A stretch of DNA of 63,849 nucleotides, counting the filler, from Lama guanicoe (Eukaryota), in the NCBI GenBank assembly GCA_013239625.1. It is 209 parts of 209 records of this genome, joined end to end, with 100 filler letters (N's around TTAATTAATTAA, not from the genome) between each part and the next. Parts side by side here need not be neighbours in the genome. Positions count along the whole stretch, not along the records: positions 38,249 to 38,454 come from PNXV01033660.1; positions 38,555 to 38,760 come from PNXV01033661.1; positions 38,861 to 39,066 come from PNXV01033662.1; positions 39,167 to 39,371 come from PNXV01033663.1; positions 39,472 to 39,677 come from PNXV01033664.1; positions 39,778 to 39,983 come from PNXV01033665.1; positions 40,084 to 40,289 come from PNXV01033666.1; positions 40,390 to 40,595 come from PNXV01033667.1; 201 more parts are not named here. One strand, 5' to 3'. Shown piece after piece: positions 38,149 to 49,774 of the stretch (position 1 is its first letter; the number at the start of each line of letters is the position of its first letter). The notes beneath the pieces were generated by a model. That model was not told the DNA's origin. It searched no databases and saw only the letters and a program-made list of their open reading frames with translations. Both the position numbers and the translations under genes were made by a program.

Positions 38149-39166
38149 NNNNNNNNNNNNNNNNNNNNNNNNNNNNNNNNNNNNNNNNNNNNTTAATTAA
38201 TTAANNNNNNNNNNNNNNNNNNNNNNNNNNNNNNNNNNNNNNNNNNNNCCTCCCGCCTTCCATTCTCTTCCTGCCCACTCCCGCTCTCTCTCCCCTCCGT
38301 CTTTCTTGGATGTTTTCTCTTATAAACCTCTCTCACTTTTAATTCTGCCTTATCTGCTTCCCAGGGGACTGCACTGCCCTAGACTTCCAATGACTACTGA
38401 CTGCTATCCCAGTCCAGGGAAGGGTGGATCTGACGGATCCACATCTAGATCAGTNNNNNNNNNNNNNNNNNNNNNNNNNNNNNNNNNNNNNNNNNNNNTT
38501 AATTAATTAANNNNNNNNNNNNNNNNNNNNNNNNNNNNNNNNNNNNNNNNNNNNCTCGGGCTCCTACCTCCCTGCCTGGAGCCTTGACGTTGGGGAGTGA
38601 GGCATGGCATTGGGGAAGCCCAATGTAGCCAGCCAAGTCCCCCTCTCCTCATAAACGGGCAGCAAAGCTGCACTGATGCGGCTGCCCCGGTCTAGCTGCT
38701 CTCTGCACCCCCCCGGCATTTGCAGTGAAGGAAGGTAGAGAGGGCACTTTTAGGGGAGGGNNNNNNNNNNNNNNNNNNNNNNNNNNNNNNNNNNNNNNNN
38801 NNNNTTAATTAATTAANNNNNNNNNNNNNNNNNNNNNNNNNNNNNNNNNNNNNNNNNNNNTCCTCGGGCCACGCCGAGCACTGGGCGGCGCCCTGCTTGT
38901 TTCAGCCTCGGGGGCTTCTCATCAGGGTTCCCTCTGCTTGTCGACAAGGCCTCCCACAGCCTTGCTGTTCTGGCTTCTGCGTCATTCAGAGTCGGCTTAC
39001 AGATGACCTTCCAGAGGCACCTTCTAAAGGGGTGGCCTCCCCCCGCCCATCGGTCCAGTCTCTGTCNNNNNNNNNNNNNNNNNNNNNNNNNNNNNNNNNN
39101 NNNNNNNNNNTTAATTAATTAANNNNNNNNNNNNNNNNNNNNNNNNNNNNNNNNNNNNNNNNNNNN

Positions 39167-39371
39167 GAAAGCAAAACTCAGAATATAGAATTTAGAATAC
39201 AGAATACTGAATATAGATTTCAGAACATGGAGTGCAGAACCTAGAATATAGAATATAGAATACGGAATACTGAACAAAGAATTTAGAATATACAATTTAG
39301 AACACAGAATATAGTATATAGTGTACAGAATATAGAACCCAGAATTTAGAACATGGAATGCAGAACACAAA
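39167..39371 (+). repeat. 7-bp-period degenerate satellite, consensus about (GAATATA)n
   Basis: Unbroken register: gaatata gaattta gaataca gaatact gaatata gatttca gaacatg ... gaacaca. Confidence 0.93.
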
Positions 39372-40083
39372 NNNNNNNNNNNNNNNNNNNNNNNNNNNNN
39401 NNNNNNNNNNNNNNNTTAATTAATTAANNNNNNNNNNNNNNNNNNNNNNNNNNNNNNNNNNNNNNNNNNNNGTGTCACTCTTAATTTTAAGTTTTTATTA
39501 TGACCAAAGTCACTGAGCTACTCCAGCATACTGCTGGCATGTTAGACAACAAATATAAAAAAGTAATATAATCATGAGCCTAGAAAAAAGTGAAATGCCA
39601 GTATTCCACCAAATAGATTAGCAATTACGCTAGCAGAAATAAAGGACAGACATGGCTTCAGGGAGTCCTTTTGATCTNNNNNNNNNNNNNNNNNNNNNNN
39701 NNNNNNNNNNNNNNNNNNNNNTTAATTAATTAANNNNNNNNNNNNNNNNNNNNNNNNNNNNNNNNNNNNNNNNNNNNTTCAGAGGGACACATGTAAGCCA
39801 GAAGCTGGGGTTGGGCTCAGCAGTTTAAGATAGGAATTCTGCAAACATTGGTGTAGAGCTTTTGCCTTGATAGGTTCGGAACTTTGTGTAAGTGATTTAT
39901 TGAGAGACTGCTTTCAAGGGAAACCTTTAAGGCAGTGAGGGAACGGGACAGAGGAGAGCGTTTAGGAGACATCTCACCTTACTNNNNNNNNNNNNNNNNN
40001 NNNNNNNNNNNNNNNNNNNNNNNNNNNTTAATTAATTAANNNNNNNNNNNNNNNNNNNNNNNNNNNNNNNNNNNNNNNNNNNN

Positions 40084-40289
40084 ACAATCCAAGTACCCAT
40101 CAACAAACAACTGGCTTAGGAAGATGTGAAAATATATATATTTATGTGATATATATATATATATATGTGAAAATATATATATATATATATATTTATATAA
40201 ATATATATATTTATTTATAATGGACTATTATTCAACCATAAAAAAAGAATGAAATTTGGCATTTGCAGCAACATGGAAGGACCTAGAGA
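40084..40289 (+). mobile_element. LINE-1 ORF2 C-terminal fragment interrupted by an imperfect (TA)n tract (about 40133..40219)
   Basis: caatccaagtacccatcaaca...[TA tract]...aatggactattattcaaccataaaaaaagaatgaaa...atttgcagcaacatgga. Confidence 0.9.
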
Positions 40290-40695
40290 NNNNNNNNNNN
40301 NNNNNNNNNNNNNNNNNNNNNNNNNNNNNNNNNTTAATTAATTAANNNNNNNNNNNNNNNNNNNNNNNNNNNNNNNNNNNNNNNNNNNNAGGTGTTCTGT
40401 CACATCAAGCAGTCATGAAGGGCTTCATCAATGATTACATGAAGAAGAGCAGCTGGGTTAAAATCATTACAACTTAAAAGAGTTCTGTGAGGAGCAGTTA
40501 ACGAAAGGATTTCATAGGAGGTGAGGTGGCTGGCTGCAACCGTTCAGTGTGATAAGAATTCAGGAGAATGTCTACTGCAGGGGTTACAAAAAACGNNNNN
40601 NNNNNNNNNNNNNNNNNNNNNNNNNNNNNNNNNNNNNNNTTAATTAATTAANNNNNNNNNNNNNNNNNNNNNNNNNNNNNNNNNNNNNNNNNNNN

Positions 40696-40901
40696 AATTG
40701 GAAGAATTAATATTGTTAAAATGGCCATACTACCCAAAGCTATCAACAGATTTAATGTGATCTCTACCAAATTACCCAGGATATTGTTCACAGAACTAAA
40801 ACAAATAATCATAAAATTTATACGGAATCAAAAAAGACCCAGAATTGCCAAAACAGTACTGAAGGGAAAAAACAAAGCTTAAAGGATAACCCTCCCAGAC
40901 T
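40696..40901 (+). mobile_element. LINE-1 ORF2 fragment with an in-frame stop
   Basis: Translates [70 protein letters not shown] at 40880..40882. Confidence 0.96.
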
Positions 40902-43900
40902 NNNNNNNNNNNNNNNNNNNNNNNNNNNNNNNNNNNNNNNNNNNNTTAATTAATTAANNNNNNNNNNNNNNNNNNNNNNNNNNNNNNNNNNNNNNNNNNN
41001 NAGAAGCTATAATTGAAAAGAATCCAAAATTATGTCTTGCACACTGTGCTCAAGTTTCTGCCTGGATAAATTTCCTGGTGCTACACTTTTCCAAAGCCCA
41101 TGACCTACTTCCTTTGCAAGGTCCTTCATATCGCAAGGGCCTGGGGTCCCACTGGGCACAGGTGCAATCCCTGCGGCCTCGCCCTGGGCTGCTCAGAGCC
41201 ACTGAGGNNNNNNNNNNNNNNNNNNNNNNNNNNNNNNNNNNNNNNNNNNNNTTAATTAATTAANNNNNNNNNNNNNNNNNNNNNNNNNNNNNNNNNNNNN
41301 NNNNNNNTCTATACCGACTTTAGTAAGACCATGGGCACAGTGCGGCCAGGGGGCTGGGAAGATGGCAGAGGTCGTAGCCCTGGTGGTGGTGTTGTGGGGA
41401 AGGGGACTGCCCCTTGGGAGCCAGTTTTTTGCCCCCATCTTCTCCATGGCCTGGCGGGGTGCAGGGTCTCTGCTGCCCCAGGTTTGTCTTTAGGTCAGAC
41501 TGCGCCCTAGAGCNNNNNNNNNNNNNNNNNNNNNNNNNNNNNNNNNNNNNNNNNNNNTTAATTAATTAANNNNNNNNNNNNNNNNNNNNNNNNNNNNNNN
41601 NNNNNNNNNNNNNTTGTTTGCGCTGACCCCTAGGTCAGAGAGGGGGTCATGAATTCACCGGGCAGAGGCCCCTCCTCGGGCCTTGGCCCCAGGACCTTGT
41701 CATTTGTGCACCCCTCCCCGAGGCGCTGCCAGATACCCCTGTGCTAGTGGCGACTGGGAAGGGTGTTCAGTAAAAAGCTAAGTTATCCCGTTGGGAGATA
41801 TTTGGAATAAACTCCACTTNNNNNNNNNNNNNNNNNNNNNNNNNNNNNNNNNNNNNNNNNNNNTTAATTAATTAANNNNNNNNNNNNNNNNNNNNNNNNN
41901 NNNNNNNNNNNNNNNNNNNAAATGAACCACTCAGGTAAGAGCTGGGAGATGGGGGTTGAATGAGGAATCTTAAAAACAACAAATAGACAATAAGGAGGAG
42001 AGGGGGTAGAGAAGTAGAAGGAGAAAGAGAAAAGGGCAAAAAAAAAAAAGTGAAAATTAAAAGCAAACAATAAACCAGTCTCCCACTCTGTTGTCCTCCC
42101 TTGCTCCATACTTCTTCACTCATACNNNNNNNNNNNNNNNNNNNNNNNNNNNNNNNNNNNNNNNNNNNNTTAATTAATTAANNNNNNNNNNNNNNNNNNN
42201 NNNNNNNNNNNNNNNNNNNNNNNNNTAATGCTCTCTGTCCTGTCCCTGGCATCCAGGGACCAGGCATCCACCTGGGCTCTCCCGGGACCCTGGAGGGAGC
42301 GTGGGTGACACAAGGACAACGGCGCTGTCGCTGCTTTAGAACTCACTGCGGTGGTGTCCGAAGGGGCACGTCACACAGCCTTGTGGACCATTCCCACCAC
42401 AAGGTGGTGACTGTGTGTGCTGTTTCAGAGGNNNNNNNNNNNNNNNNNNNNNNNNNNNNNNNNNNNNNNNNNNNNTTAATTAATTAANNNNNNNNNNNNN
42501 NNNNNNNNNNNNNNNNNNNNNNNNNNNNNNNACCCCTCACCTAAGTAGGGGAAGAGTCTTGGTTGCCTGGGGGAGTCTCAAGACATTCTGCCAAAAGGAA
42601 ACCAGGTCTCTGAGAAGTCATTCTGTCGACTAGGAGAGTTTCCGTTCCTTACAACTCTGGGGCCGGGAGAGTGTGTTTTGCAGATCAGGAAGGAGAGATA
42701 ATCAGATCAATGACGGATTTATGCTTCTGAGGGACCTNNNNNNNNNNNNNNNNNNNNNNNNNNNNNNNNNNNNNNNNNNNNTTAATTAATTAANNNNNNN
42801 NNNNNNNNNNNNNNNNNNNNNNNNNNNNNNNNNNNNNAGTAGAAGAGACCAGAAACTCTGCTCCTCACAAGATGTACCATGAATAATGACAACATCAGTC
42901 TACCAGTGGAGAGGGGACAAGGGCAGGGAGGGAGGTCCCCTCATGTCATGGTGTATGGGACCTGCTGCGGTGAAGCAGGGACAATGGAGAAAAGATGCTC
43001 TGGTAACACAGGCCCCACACTATGCACAAGGGGGCATGAATCCNNNNNNNNNNNNNNNNNNNNNNNNNNNNNNNNNNNNNNNNNNNNTTAATTAATTAAN
43101 NNNNNNNNNNNNNNNNNNNNNNNNNNNNNNNNNNNNNNNNNNNGCCAAAGGGCCAGGACAGGTTTAGGAGGAGAGTAAACAACTGGGGTGCCAGTGGCGT
43201 CTGGGACAGTCCACGACAGTCTGCCCAAGGCTTCTGTGGTTGGGGGGTAGGGTGTCTGCGGTCACCTCTGTCCACTGTCCCTAGGCTGGTTGGGCTCTGT
43301 GGGGCTTCCTTCCCCCCTCCCTCCAGCGTCTGCGCCTCCTCCCCGCATCNNNNNNNNNNNNNNNNNNNNNNNNNNNNNNNNNNNNNNNNNNNNTTAATTA
43401 ATTAANNNNNNNNNNNNNNNNNNNNNNNNNNNNNNNNNNNNNNNNNNNNAGGGGGCAGTTTGAAGAGCGAAGGATTCAGATCTGGGAGCGGAGGGGGACA
43501 GGGGACCTAGAGTCACAGGGGTGCCATAGGAGCTCGCTGGGACAAGTTATGCCCAGATTTCAAGCCTGATGCTGCTCAGATAGACCTGGGCATATCAGGC
43601 AGAGGGTGGACTTGAGGATGGAGAGGGAGTGGAAGACAGGGTCCTCGGTCCCCTTNNNNNNNNNNNNNNNNNNNNNNNNNNNNNNNNNNNNNNNNNNNNT
43701 TAATTAATTAANNNNNNNNNNNNNNNNNNNNNNNNNNNNNNNNNNNNNNNNNNNNTGGCAACATCCTAACCTTTTCTTGTGTATTTACCTCCATAAGGAA
43801 AGTAATTGCAATTTTACTAAATTCCTCCTTTGAGGAAGTGCCATCAGAGTGGCAGAATCTCAGTCAGTGTTTCTGTCTTCAAGTTTGTGCTGTCTCAGGA

Positions 43901-44061
43901 ACCTGACTTACATGGTAGATTGTGGTCATACCCTGTTGCCATTTATAGGAGACCAAGAAACNNNNNNNNNNNNNNNNNNNNNNNNNNNNNNNNNNNNNNN
44001 NNNNNTTAATTAATTAANNNNNNNNNNNNNNNNNNNNNNNNNNNNNNNNNNNNNNNNNNNN

Positions 44062-44135
44062 TGTTGTAAATAGTACTGCTATGAGCATTGGGGTGCAGGT
44101 GTCTTTTCACATTAGAGTTCCCTCTGGATATATAA
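44062..44135 (-). mobile_element. Short LINE-1 ORF2 fragment
   Basis: ttgtaaatagtactgctatgagcattggggtgcaggtgtctttt is antisense of the TCTPM...L.TI region. Confidence 0.8.
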
Positions 44136-44224
44136 CTGATAAATGTTTTAATTCTCAAGATGATAAATACACAGCAGTTATTTTTACTAGTGTCCATTAA
44201 ACTGTGCATACACAAAATGATTTC

Positions 44225-44267
44225 TTTTTTTTTTTTTGGTTAGTGGAGGTACTGGGGATTGAACCCC
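44225..44267 (-). mobile_element. tRNA-Ala-derived SINE 3' end and poly(A) tail
   Basis: T run followed by tggaggtactggggattgaaccc. Confidence 0.85.
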
Positions 44268-44979
44268 NNNNNNNNNNNNNNNNNNNNNNNNNNNNNNNNN
44301 NNNNNNNNNNNTTAATTAATTAANNNNNNNNNNNNNNNNNNNNNNNNNNNNNNNNNNNNNNNNNNNNCCAGATTAATCCCCCCTTTACAAGCTCTTGTGC
44401 CCTTGTGTACAACTTACTTCTGCCTTTACACTCACTTAACTGACAACGCCATGAGGGTAGTGACCCTGCATGCTCCTGCTCACCACTTAGTCACCAGCCA
44501 CAGTCCACTGTTTGGCATTGTCTAGGTGTTCAACAAATGTTTTAATAAATAATTAACTAGATTAACTAGTTACNNNNNNNNNNNNNNNNNNNNNNNNNNN
44601 NNNNNNNNNNNNNNNNNTTAATTAATTAANNNNNNNNNNNNNNNNNNNNNNNNNNNNNNNNNNNNNNNNNNNNATCCCCTTGAAGCAATGGAGCTGATCA
44701 ATTATGTCAAGTTTCATTAGTCACTGGTTGAGGGAACCATCCACCGGGAGGTCCTAACTTTCCTGCTCAGATGGCTCACATTACCTGAAGGCTATTACAT
44801 AAAGGAAGGTAGATCTGTAAACCCATAGCGGTCAATGCTTACCTGAGCTGGGGGATAAGGGCAGCAGCTGGAGAAATGGNNNNNNNNNNNNNNNNNNNNN
44901 NNNNNNNNNNNNNNNNNNNNNNNTTAATTAATTAANNNNNNNNNNNNNNNNNNNNNNNNNNNNNNNNNNNNNNNNNNNN

Positions 44980-45185
44980 GTCTGAGAAGGATCAGTGTTA
45001 ACTCTTCCCTAGCTGCTTGGTAGACTGAGTCAATTGCTCTTGACTCTAGTTCTCTGACCCTGTTAGAGATTCTGAGGCTGACCCAATATTAATTAACGTA
45101 TTCCTTTTTTTCTTAATTCAGCCAGAGTCAATTTTTGTTGCTCACCAATAAGACCCTTGACTTATACACAGTGTCATTCCAGCAT
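44980..45185 (+). repeat. Near-identical contig pair C (partner 45286..45491)
   Basis: 8 substitutions; first and last 49 bp identical. Confidence 0.95.
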
Positions 45186-46509
45186 NNNNNNNNNNNNNNN
45201 NNNNNNNNNNNNNNNNNNNNNNNNNNNNNTTAATTAATTAANNNNNNNNNNNNNNNNNNNNNNNNNNNNNNNNNNNNNNNNNNNNGTCTGAGAAGGATCA
45301 GTGTTAACTCTTCCCTAGCTGCTTGGTAGACTGACTCAATTGCTCTTGACTCTAGTTGTCTGACCCTGTTAGAGTTTCTGAGGCAGACCCAATATTAATT
45401 AACATATTCCTTTTTTTCTTAATTCAGCCAGAGTCAGTTTCGGTTGCTCACCAATAAGACCCTTGACTTATACACAGTGTCATTCCAGCATNNNNNNNNN
45501 NNNNNNNNNNNNNNNNNNNNNNNNNNNNNNNNNNNTTAATTAATTAANNNNNNNNNNNNNNNNNNNNNNNNNNNNNNNNNNNNNNNNNNNNTAGGCTAAT
45601 GCCTAGTAAAGAATCTACTTTAATCAAGAGAGAAAACTGGGTTTTTTTATTTCACTAATTTACATGTGAGCAGATTGTTTTAAAAAAAAATCCTCTCTAA
45701 ACCTCTGCCTCCTCCTCCTTCCTCAAATTCACTGCCCAATCAGATTCGTAATCACAATTCAATCAGGTCTGTAATCACCAAAAGCAGGGCCCTTGTTNNN
45801 NNNNNNNNNNNNNNNNNNNNNNNNNNNNNNNNNNNNNNNNNTTAATTAATTAANNNNNNNNNNNNNNNNNNNNNNNNNNNNNNNNNNNNNNNNNNNNCAG
45901 CCAGAAAAGGGGGGACTTCGTGTGGACAAGGATGCTTGTGCCTGGGGGGGGGTCAGATCGGGTGTCCAGGGCGTGGGGACAGCACCCTTGGTGCGGCCTT
46001 CTGCCCCTGATTGGGGCGACGGGGCCTCAGGGGCACCGGGCACACGGCATCCATCCATGGGGCCACCCTGGAAGCCCACGTCACCAAGCTGCGCCCCCTC
46101 AGGNNNNNNNNNNNNNNNNNNNNNNNNNNNNNNNNNNNNNNNNNNNNTTAATTAATTAANNNNNNNNNNNNNNNNNNNNNNNNNNNNNNNNNNNNNNNNN
46201 NNNCCTACACTTCCATGTCTGTGAGCAAACAGCAGAGAGTCAGAGAGACCCATGCACCCAGCAATGAGGGGACCCTTGAGAGCTGTGTTAGCTACTTCAG
46301 CAGGGCTCGGCCCCACCACCACCTTCACTTGCACCCTCTCCATCACCCCCCTTGCCCGTTCTCCAACCTTCCAGGCTTCTCCCCCAAGTCCAACTCATGA
46401 CCTTGCTCANNNNNNNNNNNNNNNNNNNNNNNNNNNNNNNNNNNNNNNNNNNNTTAATTAATTAANNNNNNNNNNNNNNNNNNNNNNNNNNNNNNNNNNN
46501 NNNNNNNNN

Positions 46510-46714
46510 ATTCTACATTCTGTATTCTGTATTCAGTATTCTATATTCTATATTCTGTATTCTACATTCTAAATTCTTTGTTCTGAATTCCAAGATCTAA
46601 ATTCTGGGTTCTGTTTACTATATTCTAAATTCTATATTCTGTGTTCTACATTCTATATTCTACACTCTTTATTTTGTATTCTGTACTCTATATTCTAAAT
46701 TCTTTGTTCTGAAT
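46510..46714 (-). repeat. 7-bp-period degenerate satellite, opposite strand of the 39167 family
   Basis: Register tattctg tattcag tattcta tattcta ... aattctt tgttctg; shares multi-unit words with 39167. Confidence 0.93.
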
Positions 46715-48038
46715 NNNNNNNNNNNNNNNNNNNNNNNNNNNNNNNNNNNNNNNNNNNNTTAATTAATTAANNNNNNNNNNNNNNNNNNNNNNNNNNNNNN
46801 NNNNNNNNNNNNNNCTTCAAAGCACCCGCACCTGTAAGCCAGGGCTCCTCAGCGAGCAGCAGTTAGATGACAGTTGACAGCAACAACAGAGAAGACGACA
46901 GTGGAGAGGATCAGGAATGTTGCCTTCACCACACCAGGGCACAGCTGCCGTGGGGAGCGTCACATCCAGCCTGACTGCTGTCCAGTCGTGAAGGAGAAAG
47001 GAGGACATTTTCAGACTGAGNNNNNNNNNNNNNNNNNNNNNNNNNNNNNNNNNNNNNNNNNNNNTTAATTAATTAANNNNNNNNNNNNNNNNNNNNNNNN
47101 NNNNNNNNNNNNNNNNNNNNCACTGGAGGAGTGACTAGCACAACTCCATTCTCAACTAATTATATATTGCGGATCTTCTTTATGTTTTCCAGGGCACTGG
47201 GGTTTTTAAGTTTATGTTCAGAAAATTATTTATGGGGAAAATACTTCCGTACAGACTTTGCTTGGTGACTGGGAAATCATAAATGATATATGGATGTGAA
47301 AGTTTACCATACTCCTCCTTTATACANNNNNNNNNNNNNNNNNNNNNNNNNNNNNNNNNNNNNNNNNNNNTTAATTAATTAANNNNNNNNNNNNNNNNNN
47401 NNNNNNNNNNNNNNNNNNNNNNNNNNCCCGTCAGAGCCCTGGCTCCTCCTTGCACTTGTTGGTCTCCTCTCCAGCTACGTGTGGCAGGATATAAATGCTC
47501 ACGCCGTCCCCATGCATGCTCTTGCCTGGCTTTGTTACTCTTCTCTTTCTCGGATGCACTAGAAAGTGAAGTGCAAATATTTTTTCCCTCATCTTGGGCA
47601 AAGGAAGCCCTGGAGCAAAGACGAACATGTTTNNNNNNNNNNNNNNNNNNNNNNNNNNNNNNNNNNNNNNNNNNNNTTAATTAATTAANNNNNNNNNNNN
47701 NNNNNNNNNNNNNNNNNNNNNNNNNNNNNNNNTCCCAAAATTCCTCAGGGTAACTTTCTTATCTGTCACTTTGGCGTAACTGTAGTACATAGGTTTGTTG
47801 GAAAGCAAACTAGGATTTTTACTGCAAAGATTTTTATGCCCTGCCTGGTGGAGAGTGTGTCCATTAAACGCTAGTTATTATTTTTAGGATTTTATTAACT
47901 GGGAAGACCAACTATCAAAAGAGGTACAGTACATCATGNNNNNNNNNNNNNNNNNNNNNNNNNNNNNNNNNNNNNNNNNNNNTTAATTAATTAANNNNNN
48001 NNNNNNNNNNNNNNNNNNNNNNNNNNNNNNNNNNNNNN

Positions 48039-48244
48039 CAAAAAAGGAGTGATCAAAGTACTGAAGGAACTAAAAGAGATTGTGTTTGGAGACAGAGAAT
48101 ATGTCAAAAGGAAAATTGAAGCTAATAAGAGGATCCAATTAAAACTGGACAACTCATTTACTGAGATGAGAGATGACCTGAAGGCTGTAATAAGTAGGCT
48201 AGATAATGCAGAGGAACGAATAAGTGACTTAGAAGACAGGACAA
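48039..48244 (+). mobile_element. LINE-1 ORF1p coiled-coil fragment
   Basis: Open frame KKGVIKVLKELKE...NSFTEMRDDLKAVISRLDNAEERISDLEDRT; SRLD.AEERIS.LED is the ORF1p coiled-coil signature. Confidence 0.92.
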
Positions 48245-48956
48245 NNNNNNNNNNNNNNNNNNNNNNNNNNNNNNNNNNNNNNNNNNNNTTAATTAATTAA
48301 NNNNNNNNNNNNNNNNNNNNNNNNNNNNNNNNNNNNNNNNNNNNGTTTTCAGAATATGGATAACCTCCTTGGTTAAGTGTATTTCTAGGTATTATGTTGT
48401 TTTCGATGCAATGGAAATGTTTATGCCACTTATAAAAATCTGGTTTTTGAATCGAAAAGAAAAAAAAAGTGAAAAAAAAAGAAAAAAAAGTGAATGAAGG
48501 CCCACAAATGGCAAAATATCCTTCTTTCTTATGAGTGAGTTGTATTCCATNNNNNNNNNNNNNNNNNNNNNNNNNNNNNNNNNNNNNNNNNNNNTTAATT
48601 AATTAANNNNNNNNNNNNNNNNNNNNNNNNNNNNNNNNNNNNNNNNNNNNATGTAAAATCTTAATCTACCTTCTATTCTCTTCCCACCTTCTCCTTTTTT
48701 AAAACTCTTTGAAAGCATTTCCCCTCTCCTGTGAGTTTCTTTTTTTTAAAAAATTGAAGCAGATGAGATCTATGGGAAAGTGCACAAATCCTAAGAGTGC
48801 AGGTCAACAAATTATGACACAGTAAATATACCTGTATAACCACTATCCAGATCAAGNNNNNNNNNNNNNNNNNNNNNNNNNNNNNNNNNNNNNNNNNNNN
48901 TTAATTAATTAANNNNNNNNNNNNNNNNNNNNNNNNNNNNNNNNNNNNNNNNNNNN

Positions 48957-49162
48957 GAGTTGAGAGACTGCAATTAAAAATACTCTTGACTATTCACCCA
49001 TATCTGTAAACTAGTGGTTCTTAATCTTTCTGGAGTTATTTACCCTCTTGAAAATTTGATCAGGGTCAGGGACTCTTGGTCCATAGAAATGCACATGTGA
49101 TTCCAGATGGTTCCATAACTCTATCTAGAGTCTGTACATTGACTACCCCACCTATAATGGTC
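48957..49162 (+). repeat. Near-identical contig pair D (partner 50181..50386)
   Basis: 4 substitutions; first and last 49 bp identical. Confidence 0.95.
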
Positions 49163-49262
49163 NNNNNNNNNNNNNNNNNNNNNNNNNNNNNNNNNNNNNN
49201 NNNNNNTTAATTAATTAANNNNNNNNNNNNNNNNNNNNNNNNNNNNNNNNNNNNNNNNNNNN

Positions 49263-49468
49263 CACAAGCCAAGAAGTGCAGATAGTTTCTAGGCCCCGGG
49301 ATAGCCAGGCTCTCTGAGAGTGTCCAGAAAAGAACCCAGCCCTGCCCAATCTTGATTTTAGCCCAGTGAGAGTCCCTTTGGAATTGTGACATCTGGAAAT
49401 GTACAATAATACATGTGTATTGTTTTAAGTCTCTAAATCTGTGCTGATTTGTTACAGCAGCAATAGGA
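49263..49468 (+). mobile_element. MaLR LTR 3' part (MLT1-type)
   Basis: cagccctgcc...cttgattttagcccagtgaga...tgtgtattgttttaagtc...tttgttacagcagcaatagga is the typical MLT1 3' end. Confidence 0.85.
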
Positions 49469-49568
49469 NNNNNNNNNNNNNNNNNNNNNNNNNNNNNNNN
49501 NNNNNNNNNNNNTTAATTAATTAANNNNNNNNNNNNNNNNNNNNNNNNNNNNNNNNNNNNNNNNNNNN

Positions 49569-49774
49569 CGGCCGCCGCCGCCACTGCCGCTGCTTCGCGG
49601 GCTGGAGGGCCCGATCGCCCCCAGGCGAGAGGAGGCTGCGGGTGGGAGCCTTCGCGGGCACCGCGGAGCGGGCCGGGGGAGGCCGGGATGGAGACCCCCG
49701 GAGGTGGGCGCGCTGCCGGCCGGGCCCGCGCCTGGGGCGGTTGGGTAGGGGGCCGGGCAGTTGGTGGGGGCCGG
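49569..49774. promoter_or_regulatory. CpG-island fragment (probable promoter / first exon-intron region)
   Basis: Very GC-rich with many undepleted CpGs and a (GCC)n start, unlike the CpG-poor background. Gene not identified. Confidence 0.7.

Noticed and set aside
39119..39370. Hydrophobic 83-aa ORF resembling a membrane protein
   Set aside because: It is the translation of the 7-bp satellite.
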